Of a DNA stretch of 35,427 bases, positions 7,141 to 16,754 are shown piece by piece. The notes below the pieces were generated by a model, which saw nothing but the letters and a program-made list of their open reading frames with translations, made no database searches and was not told the origin of the DNA. Source of the stretch: Deltaproteobacteria bacterium (GTDB lineage: Bacteria; JAEEML01); NCBI GenBank assembly GCA_016283195.1, contig JAEEML010000095.1, positions 1-35,427 on the forward strand. The letters are read 5' to 3'. The position numbers and the translations under genes were made by a program. Position 1 is the first letter of the stretch; each line of letters starts with the position of its first letter.

Positions 7141-8238
7141 ATGGATCTTTTTGAACTTGGCAGCAAAATGCATGAATACCGGAAACGGCTCGATGAACTT
7201 AAAAGCCACCTGGATATTGAGCGCAAAGAGATGCGCATTAAAGAACTTGAGCATATTGCCGCCGATCCCACCCTTTGGGACGACCCCGATAAAGCCAAGA
7301 CCATCCAGCAGGAACAGGCCACCATTACTCACACTTTGAACCGCTTTAAGCAGCTGGATAAAGAGGTGACCGATGGTGAAGACGGTTACGAGCTGGCTAA
7401 GGAAGATGCCGATTTTATTCCGGAACTTGAGGAGCTGGTGCCCAAAATAGAGCCGGAGCTAAGGCAGCTCGAAATGGAGCAGATGTTTACCGGTGAGCTC
7501 GATGGCAATGCCGCCATTGTCACCATCAACTCCGGCGCCGGCGGCACTGAGAGCCAGGACTGGGCCGATATGCTCTTTAGAATGTATATGCGCTATTGCG
7601 AGCGGCGCGGTTACACGGTGGAGATGGCCAACTTGCAGCCGGCCGATGATGCCGGGATTAAAGCAGCTATGTTTATTGTTCGCGGCGACTGGGCCTATGG
7701 CTATTTGCAAGCCGAATCGGGGGTGCACCGCCTGGTGCGCATTAGCCCCTTCGACGCCAATGCCCGCCGCCACACCAGTTTTGCCGCTGTTAATGTTTCG
7801 CCGGAAATCGATGATTCCATCGAAATTGATATCCGTGATGAAGATCTTAGGGTTGATACTTACCGATCCGGCGGGGCCGGTGGCCAGCATATCAATAAGA
7901 CCGATTCGGCTGTGCGTATTACCCACCTCCCTACCGGCATTGTGGTGGCCTGCCAGGCCGAGCGCTCACAGCATAAAAACCGCCACACAGCCATGAAGAT
8001 GTTGCGCTCGCGCCTCTATGAACTGGAACTTAGGAAAAAAGAAGAAGAAAAAGTGCGCCTGGCCGGTGAAAAGAAGACCATCGAGTGGGGTAGCCAGATA
8101 AGAAGCTATGTGCTGCATCCCTATAAATTGGTGAAAGATCACCGCACCGGCTATGAGACATCCAATGCCGATGCCGTTTTGGACGGCAATATCAATGACT
8201 TTATCGAAACGTATCTAATGGAAAAATCAAGATTATGA
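7141..8238 (+). CDS. prfB: Peptide chain release factor 2 (single uninterrupted ORF)
   Basis: GAGGTESQDWA, SPF motif (RISPFD), GGQ motif, WGSQIRSY. Confidence 0.97.
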   Translation: MDLFELGSKMHEYRKRLDELKSHLDIERKEMRIKELEHIAADPTLWDDPDKAKTIQQEQATITHTLNRFKQLDKEVTDGEDGYELAKEDADFIPELEELVPKIEPELRQLEMEQMFTGELDGNAAIVTINSGAGGTESQDWADMLFRMYMRYCERRGYTVEMANLQPADDAGIKAAMFIVRGDWAYGYLQAESGVHRLVRISPFDANARRHTSFAAVNVSPEIDDSIEIDIRDEDLRVDTYRSGGAGGQHINKTDSAVRITHLPTGIVVACQAERSQHKNRHTAMKMLRSRLYELELRKKEEEKVRLAGEKKTIEWGSQIRSYVLHPYKLVKDHRTGYETSNADAVLDGNINDFIETYLMEKSRL

Positions 8239-9455
8239 ATAAAGCACTAACTGGCCTTAATATTTTGGATTTTGGGCAAATTGTGGCTGGCGGCCATCTC
8301 TCGGCCATGCTGGCCGATTTGGGCGCTAATGTAGTAAAAGTGGAAGCCCTAACCGGCGATCCGCTACGCACTTCCGGGCCATTGCAATTTGGCGAAAGCA
8401 GCTATTTCAGCCAAGAAAACAGAGGCAAAAAGAGTATCGCCCTCAATTTAAAAGCGCCGGAAGCGGTGGAAATAGTTAAAAAACTTTTGCCACATTTTGA
8501 TGTGGTTATTGAAAATTTCCGCCCGGGCACCATGGCTAAATTCGGCCTTACTTATGAAGACTGTCGGCAGATAAATCCGGCCATTATTTACCTTTCCATC
8601 TCCGGCTTTGGGCAAAATAACAGCCGCACCATGGAGCCGGCTTATGACATTATTTTGCAAGCTGAGAGCGGCCTGGCCCGGCAGACTGGCTATGACGCTC
8701 CGGCCCGTATTCCGGCGAGTCTGGCCGATTATGCCGCCGCTTTAAACGGGGCCGTGGCGCTTTTGGCCGCTCTGCGCTACCGCGACCAAAGCGGCGTAGG
8801 CCAATATATAGACCTGGCCATGTATGACACTCTTTTAGCTATGACGGATAACAGCTTTTCTATCTGGCAAAAGATGGCCGCCGCAGGTGCTAGCGCCAAT
8901 GATGAAGCAGCGCAGAAGGCGGCCGGGCTCATCTCCTGCGGCTCTAGCCACCCGGGTACGGCGCCGCATGGTTTTTACCCCACGAGCGATGGCTATATTG
9001 CCCACATGTCGCTCTCGGAAAAGATGTGGCAGGATTTATGCGGGCTCATAGAGCGCCCGGATTTGGCGGCTGATAGCACACTGGATAATCCTTCCAAGCG
9101 GCGGGCCGCCCATGAGCGCATCGACCGCGCTATCAGTGAGTGGACTAGCCGGCAAACAACCGCGCGGGTAATTGAAATGTTCAGAGCGGCCCGCCTGCCG
9201 GTGGCCAAAGTGCGCACTATCGCCGAAGCGGCCGGCGATAAGCATAATGAAGAGCGGGGCATATTCTGCACGCTAAAGCAGGGCGATGGCACAGTAAAAG
9301 TGCCTGATTTTCCGGCAAAATTGAGCGAGACGCCGGCCGCTCCCGGCGCAAAAGCCCCGGCTCTTGGCGAGCATACAGATGAAATTTTGGCGCAGTATCT
9401 GGCTCTTACTCCGGCAGAAATAAAGAGCCTTAAAGAGCGAAAAATTATCGGCTGA
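8235..9455 (+). CDS. CaiB/BaiF family (class III) CoA transferase
   Basis: LADLGANVVKVE, NRGKKSIALNLK, DVVIENFRPG, SISGFGQ, APALGEHTDEIL. Confidence 0.93.
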   Translation: MNKALTGLNILDFGQIVAGGHLSAMLADLGANVVKVEALTGDPLRTSGPLQFGESSYFSQENRGKKSIALNLKAPEAVEIVKKLLPHFDVVIENFRPGTMAKFGLTYEDCRQINPAIIYLSISGFGQNNSRTMEPAYDIILQAESGLARQTGYDAPARIPASLADYAAALNGAVALLAALRYRDQSGVGQYIDLAMYDTLLAMTDNSFSIWQKMAAAGASANDEAAQKAAGLISCGSSHPGTAPHGFYPTSDGYIAHMSLSEKMWQDLCGLIERPDLAADSTLDNPSKRRAAHERIDRAISEWTSRQTTARVIEMFRAARLPVAKVRTIAEAAGDKHNEERGIFCTLKQGDGTVKVPDFPAKLSETPAAPGAKAPALGEHTDEILAQYLALTPAEIKSLKERKIIG

Positions 9456-9529
9456 GTGAAAACCGGCCTGATTTATCGCTTTTTTTTAGAGCACTAAGGG
9501 TGGCCTTTTAATGTTTAAAAGCATAAATA

Positions 9530-9559
9530 TTGACACCATAGTTCCTTCTAGGGTAGCGT
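9530..9559 (+). promoter_or_regulatory. Putative sigma70 promoter
   Basis: TTGACA-18 bp-TAGCGT upstream of the 9629 gene cluster. Confidence 0.5.
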
Positions 9560-9628
9560 AAGGGCGGTATTTTGTGGCTTTAAAGGGCATGCTTTTAAAG
9601 CTATAAGTTCAGTTTAGAGGAGTACCAA

Positions 9629-10564
9629 ATGAAGCATTGGTCTTTTTATCCGGCCTTTGTTTTGGGCATAATAACTATGTTTAGTCTGACTCCGGCCGCC
9701 AAAGCCGGTGTTTTGCAGCTGGATTTAACAGCTCTCGGGCGTCCTGTCGGTAACGATACAACTCCGAATCAACGTTTTCAAAGCATGGTAACCGAACTGG
9801 GAGCCGCTTTGGGTGCCGGTATGATGTCGCCGGCCGAATCTCTTGGGTATTCCGGCTTTAACTTTGGCCTCGAAATGAGCTGGGCCGATATTCACCAAGA
9901 AAACAGCTATTGGCGCGGTCAGCCCGGCCACCGTGTGTGGCACGAAAACGGCACTAGCCAGGGTTATAACCAACGCCTGGCTTCTTCTTTAAATGCCGCC
10001 CGCATCCATGTGCGTAAGGGTCTTCCTCTTAGTTTTGAAGTCGGTGCTACACTCACTTATATGCTGGCCGGTGCTGTTGGGACCGATCTTTACGCTGTTG
10101 GTGCCGAAGTTAAATGGACACTTCTCCATGAAAAATTCCTGAAACAATTGCCGGATATTGGTGTGCGTTTTGCCGCTAATCGTCTTTTGGGCCCGCAGCA
10201 ACTTGATTTAACGCAAGTGCAAATGGATTTTGCCATCTCTTATAGCTTTGGTCTCGGTGGAATGGTGGGCCTCACTCCTTATGCTGGTTATACTTTGTGG
10301 ACTGTTCATGCTGTTTCGCAAATTTTGGAATCTTCTCCAGAGGCTTCTACTCATTCCGGCGGTGACAGCGGCTCGCTTTACACCTTAGCTCAAGTTTCTT
10401 GGAATGAGAATTTGCAACACCGCGCCTTTTTAGGACTCAGATTTATTATTAATTTTATAGAAATATTAGGCGAAGTCGATCTCAACTTTATGAATTTGCA
10501 AGCCGCGGAAAAGAAGCTCACTATCATGCCGACATATTCCGTTAAATTTGGTTTTGATTACTAA
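9629..10564 (+). CDS. Exported protein, probable outer-membrane beta-barrel of a myxobacterial conserved-hypothetical type
   Basis: Signal peptide ending AKA; alternating beta strands; aromatic C-terminal YSVKFGFDY; PAESLGYSGF and HVRKGLPLSFEVG motifs. Confidence 0.65.
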   Translation: MKHWSFYPAFVLGIITMFSLTPAAKAGVLQLDLTALGRPVGNDTTPNQRFQSMVTELGAALGAGMMSPAESLGYSGFNFGLEMSWADIHQENSYWRGQPGHRVWHENGTSQGYNQRLASSLNAARIHVRKGLPLSFEVGATLTYMLAGAVGTDLYAVGAEVKWTLLHEKFLKQLPDIGVRFAANRLLGPQQLDLTQVQMDFAISYSFGLGGMVGLTPYAGYTLWTVHAVSQILESSPEASTHSGGDSGSLYTLAQVSWNENLQHRAFLGLRFIINFIEILGEVDLNFMNLQAAEKKLTIMPTYSVKFGFDY

Positions 10565-10599
10565 ATTCACCTTATATTAGATTTAAGTAAGAGGTTTTT

Positions 10600-10821
10600 A
10601 TGGGCAATATAGGCATGGGTGAATTGATTGTCATCCTGGTTATTGTGCTGGTGATATTCGGCGCCGGTAAATTGGCGCAAGTAGGTGATGCTCTTGGTAA
10701 GGGAATTGCCAATTTCCGCAAAGCCTCCAAAGAGGGGTTGGAAGAAAGCAAAGAAGCTGCTCCGGCTAAAAAAGACGAAGTAGCACCCCGGGAACAGGCC
10801 AAAGAGGAAACTAAAGAATAG
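10600..10821 (+). CDS. tatA: Twin-arginine translocase TatA
   Basis: N-terminal TM helix, FGAGKL hinge, [11 protein letters not shown] amphipathic helix. Confidence 0.95.
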   Translation: MGNIGMGELIVILVIVLVIFGAGKLAQVGDALGKGIANFRKASKEGLEESKEAAPAKKDEVAPREQAKEETKE

Positions 10822-11651
10822 TGGCTGCCATAAAATTTTCCGGCAAAACTCTAGCTAACCAAATTTACCATAATCTTAGCAGCGAAGTAGCTAATGTGCT
10901 AAAAAACGGCATAAAACCGCACCTGGCCATTGTGCGGGTAGGAAATGACGAAGCGGCTGCGCTCTATGCCGATGTGAAATGTAAAAAAGCTGAAAAATTA
11001 GCTATTTCCACCAGTTGTATTGCTCTGCCCCAAGATGTTTCTCCTAAAGAATTTAGTTCATGTTTAAATGCGCTTAATGCTGATTCAGCTATTAAAGCTA
11101 TTCTGGTTGAAGCGCCTTTGCCGGCCCCTCTTTTGCCTTATTTACAAATTGCCAAAGAAAAAGATGTAGATGGTGCCTCCGGCGGAGCGCTTTTTGCGCC
11201 CTGTACAGCTATGGCCGCTTTTAACATTATTAAGGAAAGCGGCGCTATGATAGATGGGGCCAAGGCGGTTGTTATCGGCCGTTCGGCTGTGGTTGGCCGG
11301 CCGCTGGCCCAGCTTTTGCTATCAGCTAATGCCACTGTTACCGTTTGTCATTCGCATACCAAAGATTTAGCTTTTTATACCCAGGCAGCCGATATACTCA
11401 TTTCGGCTACCGGTAGGCCCAATCTTATTAGCGGCGCAATGGTTAAAGAAGGAGCGGTGCTGATTGATGTCGGCACTACCCAAACGGCCGGCGGACTTGT
11501 CGGCGATTTTCAGGAATCGGCTTATGAAAAAGCGGCTTTTTATACCCCGGTGCCAGGAGGTGTGGGGCCGGTGACCACCGCCATGTTGCTGAGTAATGTG
11601 GTAAAAGCGGCCAAATTACAGGCCGGCATAATTAAAGAGGACAAGCTATGA
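10821..11651 (+). CDS. folD: Methylenetetrahydrofolate dehydrogenase/cyclohydrolase
   Basis: KDVDG, PCT, GRSAVVGRP, NATVTVCHSHT, IDVG, TPVPGGVGPVT. Confidence 0.93.
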   Translation: MAAIKFSGKTLANQIYHNLSSEVANVLKNGIKPHLAIVRVGNDEAAALYADVKCKKAEKLAISTSCIALPQDVSPKEFSSCLNALNADSAIKAILVEAPLPAPLLPYLQIAKEKDVDGASGGALFAPCTAMAAFNIIKESGAMIDGAKAVVIGRSAVVGRPLAQLLLSANATVTVCHSHTKDLAFYTQAADILISATGRPNLISGAMVKEGAVLIDVGTTQTAGGLVGDFQESAYEKAAFYTPVPGGVGPVTTAMLLSNVVKAAKLQAGIIKEDKL

Positions 11652-12706
11652 AGGTTACCCCGGTTGTTATTGCCGGCGGTAGCGGCACCAGGTTTTGGCC
11701 GCTTTCCAGGCAGAATAATCCCAAGCAATTTTTAAAACTTTTAGGCAGCGATTCTATGCTGAGAGCAACAGTTGAGCGCCTTTTGCCCATAGCTCCTCCG
11801 GCTGATTGTTATATTGCCACCGGCGAAAAATATGCCGAGCGCTGCAGTGCCGAATTGCCGGAAACCGCTAAAAGCCACATTATTGCCGAGCCCAGCCCGC
11901 GCAATACTCTGCCGGCTATTACTCTGGCAGCAACAGTTATTAAAAGAGCCTTGGGAGAGACAATTCTCCTTGTTTTGCCCGCCGACCATTATATCGCCAG
12001 AACAGCTCCGTTTATCGCCGCCTTAAAAAAGGCGATAACTCTAGCCGAAAAAGAACTTATTGTTACCCTGGGGATTACTCCTACGGCGCCGGAAACAGGT
12101 TTTGGCTATATTAAAAGCGGTGATAAATTAGATGAAACGGCCTGCAAGGTGGCGGCTTTTGTGGAAAAACCCGATTACCGGACGGCTGAAACATATTTAG
12201 CCAGCGGTGAATATTTTTGGAATGCCGGCATTTTTGTGATGAGTACAACGCGCTTTTTTAAAGAATTGGCCGCCAGGCAGCCGGAGGCTTTTGCGCTAAG
12301 CCAAAAATGGCTTGATGCCACTCAAGAAGATTTTTCCCAAATACTGGCCGATACCTGGCCCGCCATGCCGGCTACTTCCATTGATTACGGTATTATGGAG
12401 AAGGCCGAAAACCTGGCTATAGTGCCTGTAGAATGCGGTTGGTCCGATGTCGGTAGTTGGCCGGCGCTCCCGGCACTCAGCCAAATAAATGACGCCGGCA
12501 ACATGGAACGCGGGCGAGTAATTAGTTTAAATACTCAAAATTCCGTTATTTTTAATGATTCTGATAAAGTTGTCGCCACTCTTGGTGTAAAAGATATTAT
12601 AATTGTTGCCACGAGTGATGTAATTCTGGTATCTTCCAAGGGCGATGCACAAGATGTTAAGGCACTTGTGGATCTAGTCAAAAATAGGGAGCCGTCCTTA
12701 GCATAA
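11648..12706 (+). CDS. manC: Mannose-1-phosphate guanylyltransferase (no PMI domain)
   Basis: AGGSGTRFWPLSR, PKQF, EPSPRNT, PADH, FVEKP, WNAGIF, SIDYGIMEK, WSDVGSW. Confidence 0.93.
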   Translation: MKVTPVVIAGGSGTRFWPLSRQNNPKQFLKLLGSDSMLRATVERLLPIAPPADCYIATGEKYAERCSAELPETAKSHIIAEPSPRNTLPAITLAATVIKRALGETILLVLPADHYIARTAPFIAALKKAITLAEKELIVTLGITPTAPETGFGYIKSGDKLDETACKVAAFVEKPDYRTAETYLASGEYFWNAGIFVMSTTRFFKELAARQPEAFALSQKWLDATQEDFSQILADTWPAMPATSIDYGIMEKAENLAIVPVECGWSDVGSWPALPALSQINDAGNMERGRVISLNTQNSVIFNDSDKVVATLGVKDIIIVATSDVILVSSKGDAQDVKALVDLVKNREPSLA

Positions 12707-12739
12707 ACGCTACTCCCACCAGCATAAGGGATTGTTCTC

Positions 12740-13318
12740 GTGGAATTCACCCCTCCTGATATGACTTCCCCCTTGGATGCGGCCGAAAGACTTGCTGCTA
12801 TGCCGCCTGAAGCCTCTGTAAAAGGGCTCTTTTTCTCTACCGTTATAGGCGCTTTAAGAGAGAAGTGCCCTGATAGCGAGCTGATTAAAAATTACGACCA
12901 TTTCAGCAATTATTCGTGTGCAGAACTTATTGAATTACTTGATAAAAGCTCGAAAGCTCTTTATCCGGAATTGCCGCAAAGACAAGCTTTGCGCCTTTTG
13001 GGACAGCGCCTGTTTCAAGGTTTTAAAAAAACTACCGCCGGGATGCTCTTTTATACTGCTGCCGGGCATCGTATAGATAATGGCTTTCAAATGATTAACA
13101 GCATTTATAATTTGCTCTCGCAAACTAAAGCTAATCTTTTGGAAGTTGGCGAAGATTATGCCATTATCAGCCTCACCGACGCCTGGGTTTTCCCTACTTG
13201 CTACCATATCGGTACCTATGAAGGCGCAGTGATGCTTTTTAATAAAAAGCCCAAAGAAGTACTGGTAAAAGAATATTCTCTCTCTAATGTGGATGTGCTT
13301 TGTCGCTGGGAGGATTAA
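12740..13318 (+). CDS. DUF2378 / TIGR02265 myxobacterial family protein
   Basis: PPEASVKGLFF, F-x-x-Y, ALRLLG, TTAG, YHIGTYEG pattern; 192 aa. Confidence 0.75.
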   Translation: MEFTPPDMTSPLDAAERLAAMPPEASVKGLFFSTVIGALREKCPDSELIKNYDHFSNYSCAELIELLDKSSKALYPELPQRQALRLLGQRLFQGFKKTTAGMLFYTAAGHRIDNGFQMINSIYNLLSQTKANLLEVGEDYAIISLTDAWVFPTCYHIGTYEGAVMLFNKKPKEVLVKEYSLSNVDVLCRWED

Positions 13319-14946
13319 CCCAGTTGCTCATTAGCCCAAGTAGCTAATTTTTCTCTAAAAATTTTGGCATTATGGCGGACATCCATCGGGAATGGCTGCG
13401 GGTAAAAAAGTATATCTTCTATGCCCCTAGCATGGGTACTCGCCGCCGCCAGTGCCAGAAGTTCAGCTTTTACGGCCTCTTGGTTTTCCCGGCTTTGGGC
13501 CGGCATTTCAATACAAACGGCAGCTTTAGTCTTGCCGTTTTGCCTAATGGGAACCAGAGCGGATCTCTTTATTTTCGGGCACTTATTAAAAACGGCTTCG
13601 GTTGGTAAAGTATAATAAGTATGGTCACTTGTGACCACTCTATGCGACTTGCGCCCGCACATCCAGAGGCGCCCTTTTTCGTCAAAATAGCCTACATCGC
13701 CCATGCGGTGCCAAAAGGTGGCGCCATCCGGGATTTTTGCCAGTTTGGTGTAATCTGGGCGGCCATAATAGCTTGCGGAAACCATGGGCCCGCGCACGAT
13801 TATTTCGCCCATAGTGCCGGTGGGGACAATGAGCGCCGGGTCAAAAGTGGCAATGGCTTCATCTGTAATAGTTATTACTTTAATTTCCGCCTCACTGTTG
13901 GCTCTCCCCACGCAGACACCGCCGCCTTCTTTGGTAATTTCTGCTGTTTCGGCAAATATTTCTTTGGAGCCGATGTCGGAAATTGGTAGAGCTTCGGTGG
14001 CGCCGTAAGGAGTATGCACTTCTACGCCCGCTTCTAGGGCTTTTACAAAAGAGCTGAGCTGCGGCACGGCTACCGGAGCGCCGCAAGAGATAACGCGCTT
14101 TAATGATGGCAGTTTTATGTTGCTTTGTTCGCAGTAGGCGCCGACTTTGGCCACTACCACCGGGTTGGCAAACATATTGGTGCAATTAAATTTTTGAATA
14201 GCTTTAACAATATTGGCCGGATTACTGGAGGCAGGTTTACTGGTATCCATATCGGGCACAATGCTGGCCATGCCCATAGCGGCGTCAAAAAGGGCAAAAA
14301 GAGGGAAGGTGGAGCAATCGGTTTCCCCCTCTTTTATACCGTAAACATCGCGGATAAGGCGCACCTGAGCGGAGAACATGCCATGGGTATAAAGAGCGCC
14401 CTTGGCCCGGCCGGTGCTGCCGGAAGTAAAATTGATGGCCGCCGGTGTATTGGTATTGACTTTGACGATTTCGGGGCATTTACCGGCGCCCATGGCCAAA
14501 AGGCGGCTATAAGTAGTGCCGCCCCAAAAGAGGCGCGGGCCCACGGTCACCAGCTTACGAAGAGTAGGCTTGCCCCAGCCCTTTAATAGGCGGGCAATGT
14601 GTGCTTTGGTGAGGCCGATAAAGGCTTCGGGCCTAGCTTCGGCCAAGCATTTGGTGACATTATTCAGCCCCATGCCCGGGTCGATAAAAATGGCCACTGC
14701 GCCCACTTTAAAGAGGGCAAAAGTGAGAGCAAAGAGCTCTTCGCCGGGAGTGACCATCATGGCGACATGGGTGCCTTCTTTGATACCGAATTCTCTTAGC
14801 GCCACTGCCAGGGCGTTACTGCGATCCATGAGATCTTTGCAGGTAATTTGGTGAATTTTTTCGCCTTTTAAAACGGCGATAGCCAGGGCATCCGGCTGTT
14901 TTTGGCCCATATCATCGATGTATTCCGCCACATTTAAATGTTCCAT
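13315..14946 (-). CDS. oleC: Fatty acid CoA ligase family, OleC-like beta-lactone synthetase
   Basis: FTSGSTG A3 and TPYGATEALP motifs; OleC-type IDPGMG, TFPLFALF, GVCVG, WHRMGDVG, CGRKSHRV, PMDVRHNAKIFREKL. Confidence 0.75.
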   Translation of the reverse strand: MEHLNVAEYIDDMGQKQPDALAIAVLKGEKIHQITCKDLMDRSNALAVALREFGIKEGTHVAMMVTPGEELFALTFALFKVGAVAIFIDPGMGLNNVTKCLAEARPEAFIGLTKAHIARLLKGWGKPTLRKLVTVGPRLFWGGTTYSRLLAMGAGKCPEIVKVNTNTPAAINFTSGSTGRAKGALYTHGMFSAQVRLIRDVYGIKEGETDCSTFPLFALFDAAMGMASIVPDMDTSKPASSNPANIVKAIQKFNCTNMFANPVVVAKVGAYCEQSNIKLPSLKRVISCGAPVAVPQLSSFVKALEAGVEVHTPYGATEALPISDIGSKEIFAETAEITKEGGGVCVGRANSEAEIKVITITDEAIATFDPALIVPTGTMGEIIVRGPMVSASYYGRPDYTKLAKIPDGATFWHRMGDVGYFDEKGRLWMCGRKSHRVVTSDHTYYTLPTEAVFNKCPKIKRSALVPIRQNGKTKAAVCIEMPAQSRENQEAVKAELLALAAASTHARGIEDILFYPQPFPMDVRHNAKIFREKLATWANEQLG

Positions 14947-14957
14947 GAGGCTTTTCC

Positions 14958-16385
14958 TTAGCTGCGGCGCAGAAGCTTTTCTATAGCATTTACGGCTTCT
15001 AAAATCTCGGCATCGCTTTTGCCGATAAGACTTTCGATTTTGCGGCAGGCACTCATGATGGTGGTGTGATCCTTGCGCTTAAAATCTTTGGCCAAAGCCG
15101 GGTAGCTGGTGGGAAGATGTTTGTAACAAAGATACATAGCCAGTTGCCGGGGGCGTACCAACTCTTTAGTGCGGCTACCGGAGGTCAACAATTTGGGATC
15201 AAGGTGGTAGAACTCTGAAACAGCCTCGGTGACATCGGCTACCGAAATTGCCCCTTGAGCAATATCATAGACACCAACCAAGAGCTCCTTGGCATAACTT
15301 GTGGAAAGAGAACGGCCGGTTCTGGCGGATTCAAGACTTAGCCGTTGCAAGGCTCCTTCCAAAGTGCGCACATTGGAGGGCAGGGCACTGGCAATATAAA
15401 AGGCCACATCTTGTGACAATTTAAGATTCATGGTGCTGGCCTTTTTTTGCAAAATGGCTACTTTGGTTTCTAATGCCGGAACCTGAATATCGGCCAGGAG
15501 GCCGGATTGAAAACGGCTGCGCAGACGCTCGGGGATATCCGGCATATCATGCGGCAGTTTGTCGGAAGCAAAAACCAGCTGTTTGCCGTTGTTTTTCATC
15601 GTATTGAAAATATTAAATAATTCGTTTTGTGTGGCTGTCTTGTTGCCGGCGATGAATTGAATATCATCCATTAGGAGTACTTGGCATATTTTGTGATAAC
15701 GAGTGTTAAAAAAGCTCATTTTGTTATCACGCATAGCCCCGATATATTCATCCAAAAACTCATTGGTAGAAAGATAGACAATTGACCAGTCCGGATGACT
15801 GGCGGCTATTTTTTGCCCGATGGCATGCAAAAGATGAGTTTTTCCAAGACCTGATGGGCCGTAAATATAAAGGGGATTATAGCGCTCACCAGGAGCAGCT
15901 GCCACTGCTTGAGCCGCGGCCAGTGCCAGGGCATTGGAGGAGGGGTCGCCGATAAAGGTGTCAAAAGTATAACGCTTATCAAACAAAGAAGAAATGATGG
16001 CCTTAGACTTTTGAACGGGCTTGGCCTCCGGTGGCCGGGAATCCGGTGCTTTGTCATCTTTTTGAGCTATATTATTAGGTTTTTTACGGCTTATAGATTT
16101 CTCATGCCCGGCTGTTTGCGGCGCAATAACCATGTTTAGGTTAACCGGTGAGCCAACTATTTTTGAGAGCTCATCGCGGATAAGTGGGGCATAATTATTT
16201 GATTGTACCCAGTCTTCTATAAAACCGTTTTCCACAGCCAGCGTGATGGTGCCGTTATCAAAAGAGAGCGGTTTCATACAGGCGAAAAAATTATAAGTGA
16301 ATGTACTGTAGCTACCGCTTATCAGCTGCAGAAATTCCTGCCATAGCTCCGTTGCCTTTTGAGAGCTCATTGCCTCATCCGTCAT
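14958..16385 (-). CDS. dnaA: Chromosomal replication initiator DnaA
   Basis: YTFDTF, YNPLYIYGPSGLGKTHL, LLMDDIQF, RLRSRF, SNVRTLEGAL, RQLAMYL, DHTT. Confidence 0.95.
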   Translation of the reverse strand: MTDEAMSSQKATELWQEFLQLISGSYSTFTYNFFACMKPLSFDNGTITLAVENGFIEDWVQSNNYAPLIRDELSKIVGSPVNLNMVIAPQTAGHEKSISRKKPNNIAQKDDKAPDSRPPEAKPVQKSKAIISSLFDKRYTFDTFIGDPSSNALALAAAQAVAAAPGERYNPLYIYGPSGLGKTHLLHAIGQKIAASHPDWSIVYLSTNEFLDEYIGAMRDNKMSFFNTRYHKICQVLLMDDIQFIAGNKTATQNELFNIFNTMKNNGKQLVFASDKLPHDMPDIPERLRSRFQSGLLADIQVPALETKVAILQKKASTMNLKLSQDVAFYIASALPSNVRTLEGALQRLSLESARTGRSLSTSYAKELLVGVYDIAQGAISVADVTEAVSEFYHLDPKLLTSGSRTKELVRPRQLAMYLCYKHLPTSYPALAKDFKRKDHTTIMSACRKIESLIGKSDAEILEAVNAIEKLLRRS

Positions 16386-16478
16386 ACGCGCTCTTTCCTC
16401 CTGCCGAAGATCTATAAGGATCTGTTGGCGGCTATCAAAGAACCATTACCCGAAGATGGTCCTCAAGACAAGTTTTCG

Positions 16479-16754
16479 TCAGTTTGCATATTCGCCGTCA
16501 GCGCCCAGCCAATAAGTTGGGCTCTTCCCCTCTTTTAGAGGCTCTTCCCGACCGGCAGCGGCTAAAAGTTGCCAATAAAAGAGCCAACTGGCAGCTGTGC
16601 CGGAGTCACTAAATGGATAAGCCTGCTTTACCAAAAGGGCGCCGGAACTATCGTTTACACTTAAACCGAGTGCCAGTTTGCCGGTTTCCTCGCATAAATC
16701 AAAGGTGAAATAGAGGTTATCGTTATAATAGGCTCTCTTTTGCTCTCTTAACAT
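16479..16754 (-). CDS. Small hypothetical protein upstream of dnaA
   Basis: TAAGGAGG-TTCAC-ATG strong RBS; 91 aa; fills the gap in the dnaA orientation. Confidence 0.7.
   Translation of the reverse strand: MLREQKRAYYNDNLYFTFDLCEETGKLALGLSVNDSSGALLVKQAYPFSDSGTAASWLFYWQLLAAAGREEPLKEGKSPTYWLGADGEYAN

Noticed and set aside
16408..16426. AGATCTATAAGGATCTGTT resembling E. coli oriC 13-mers
   Set aside because: Only two short matches, not AT-rich, and no adjacent DnaA-box cluster.
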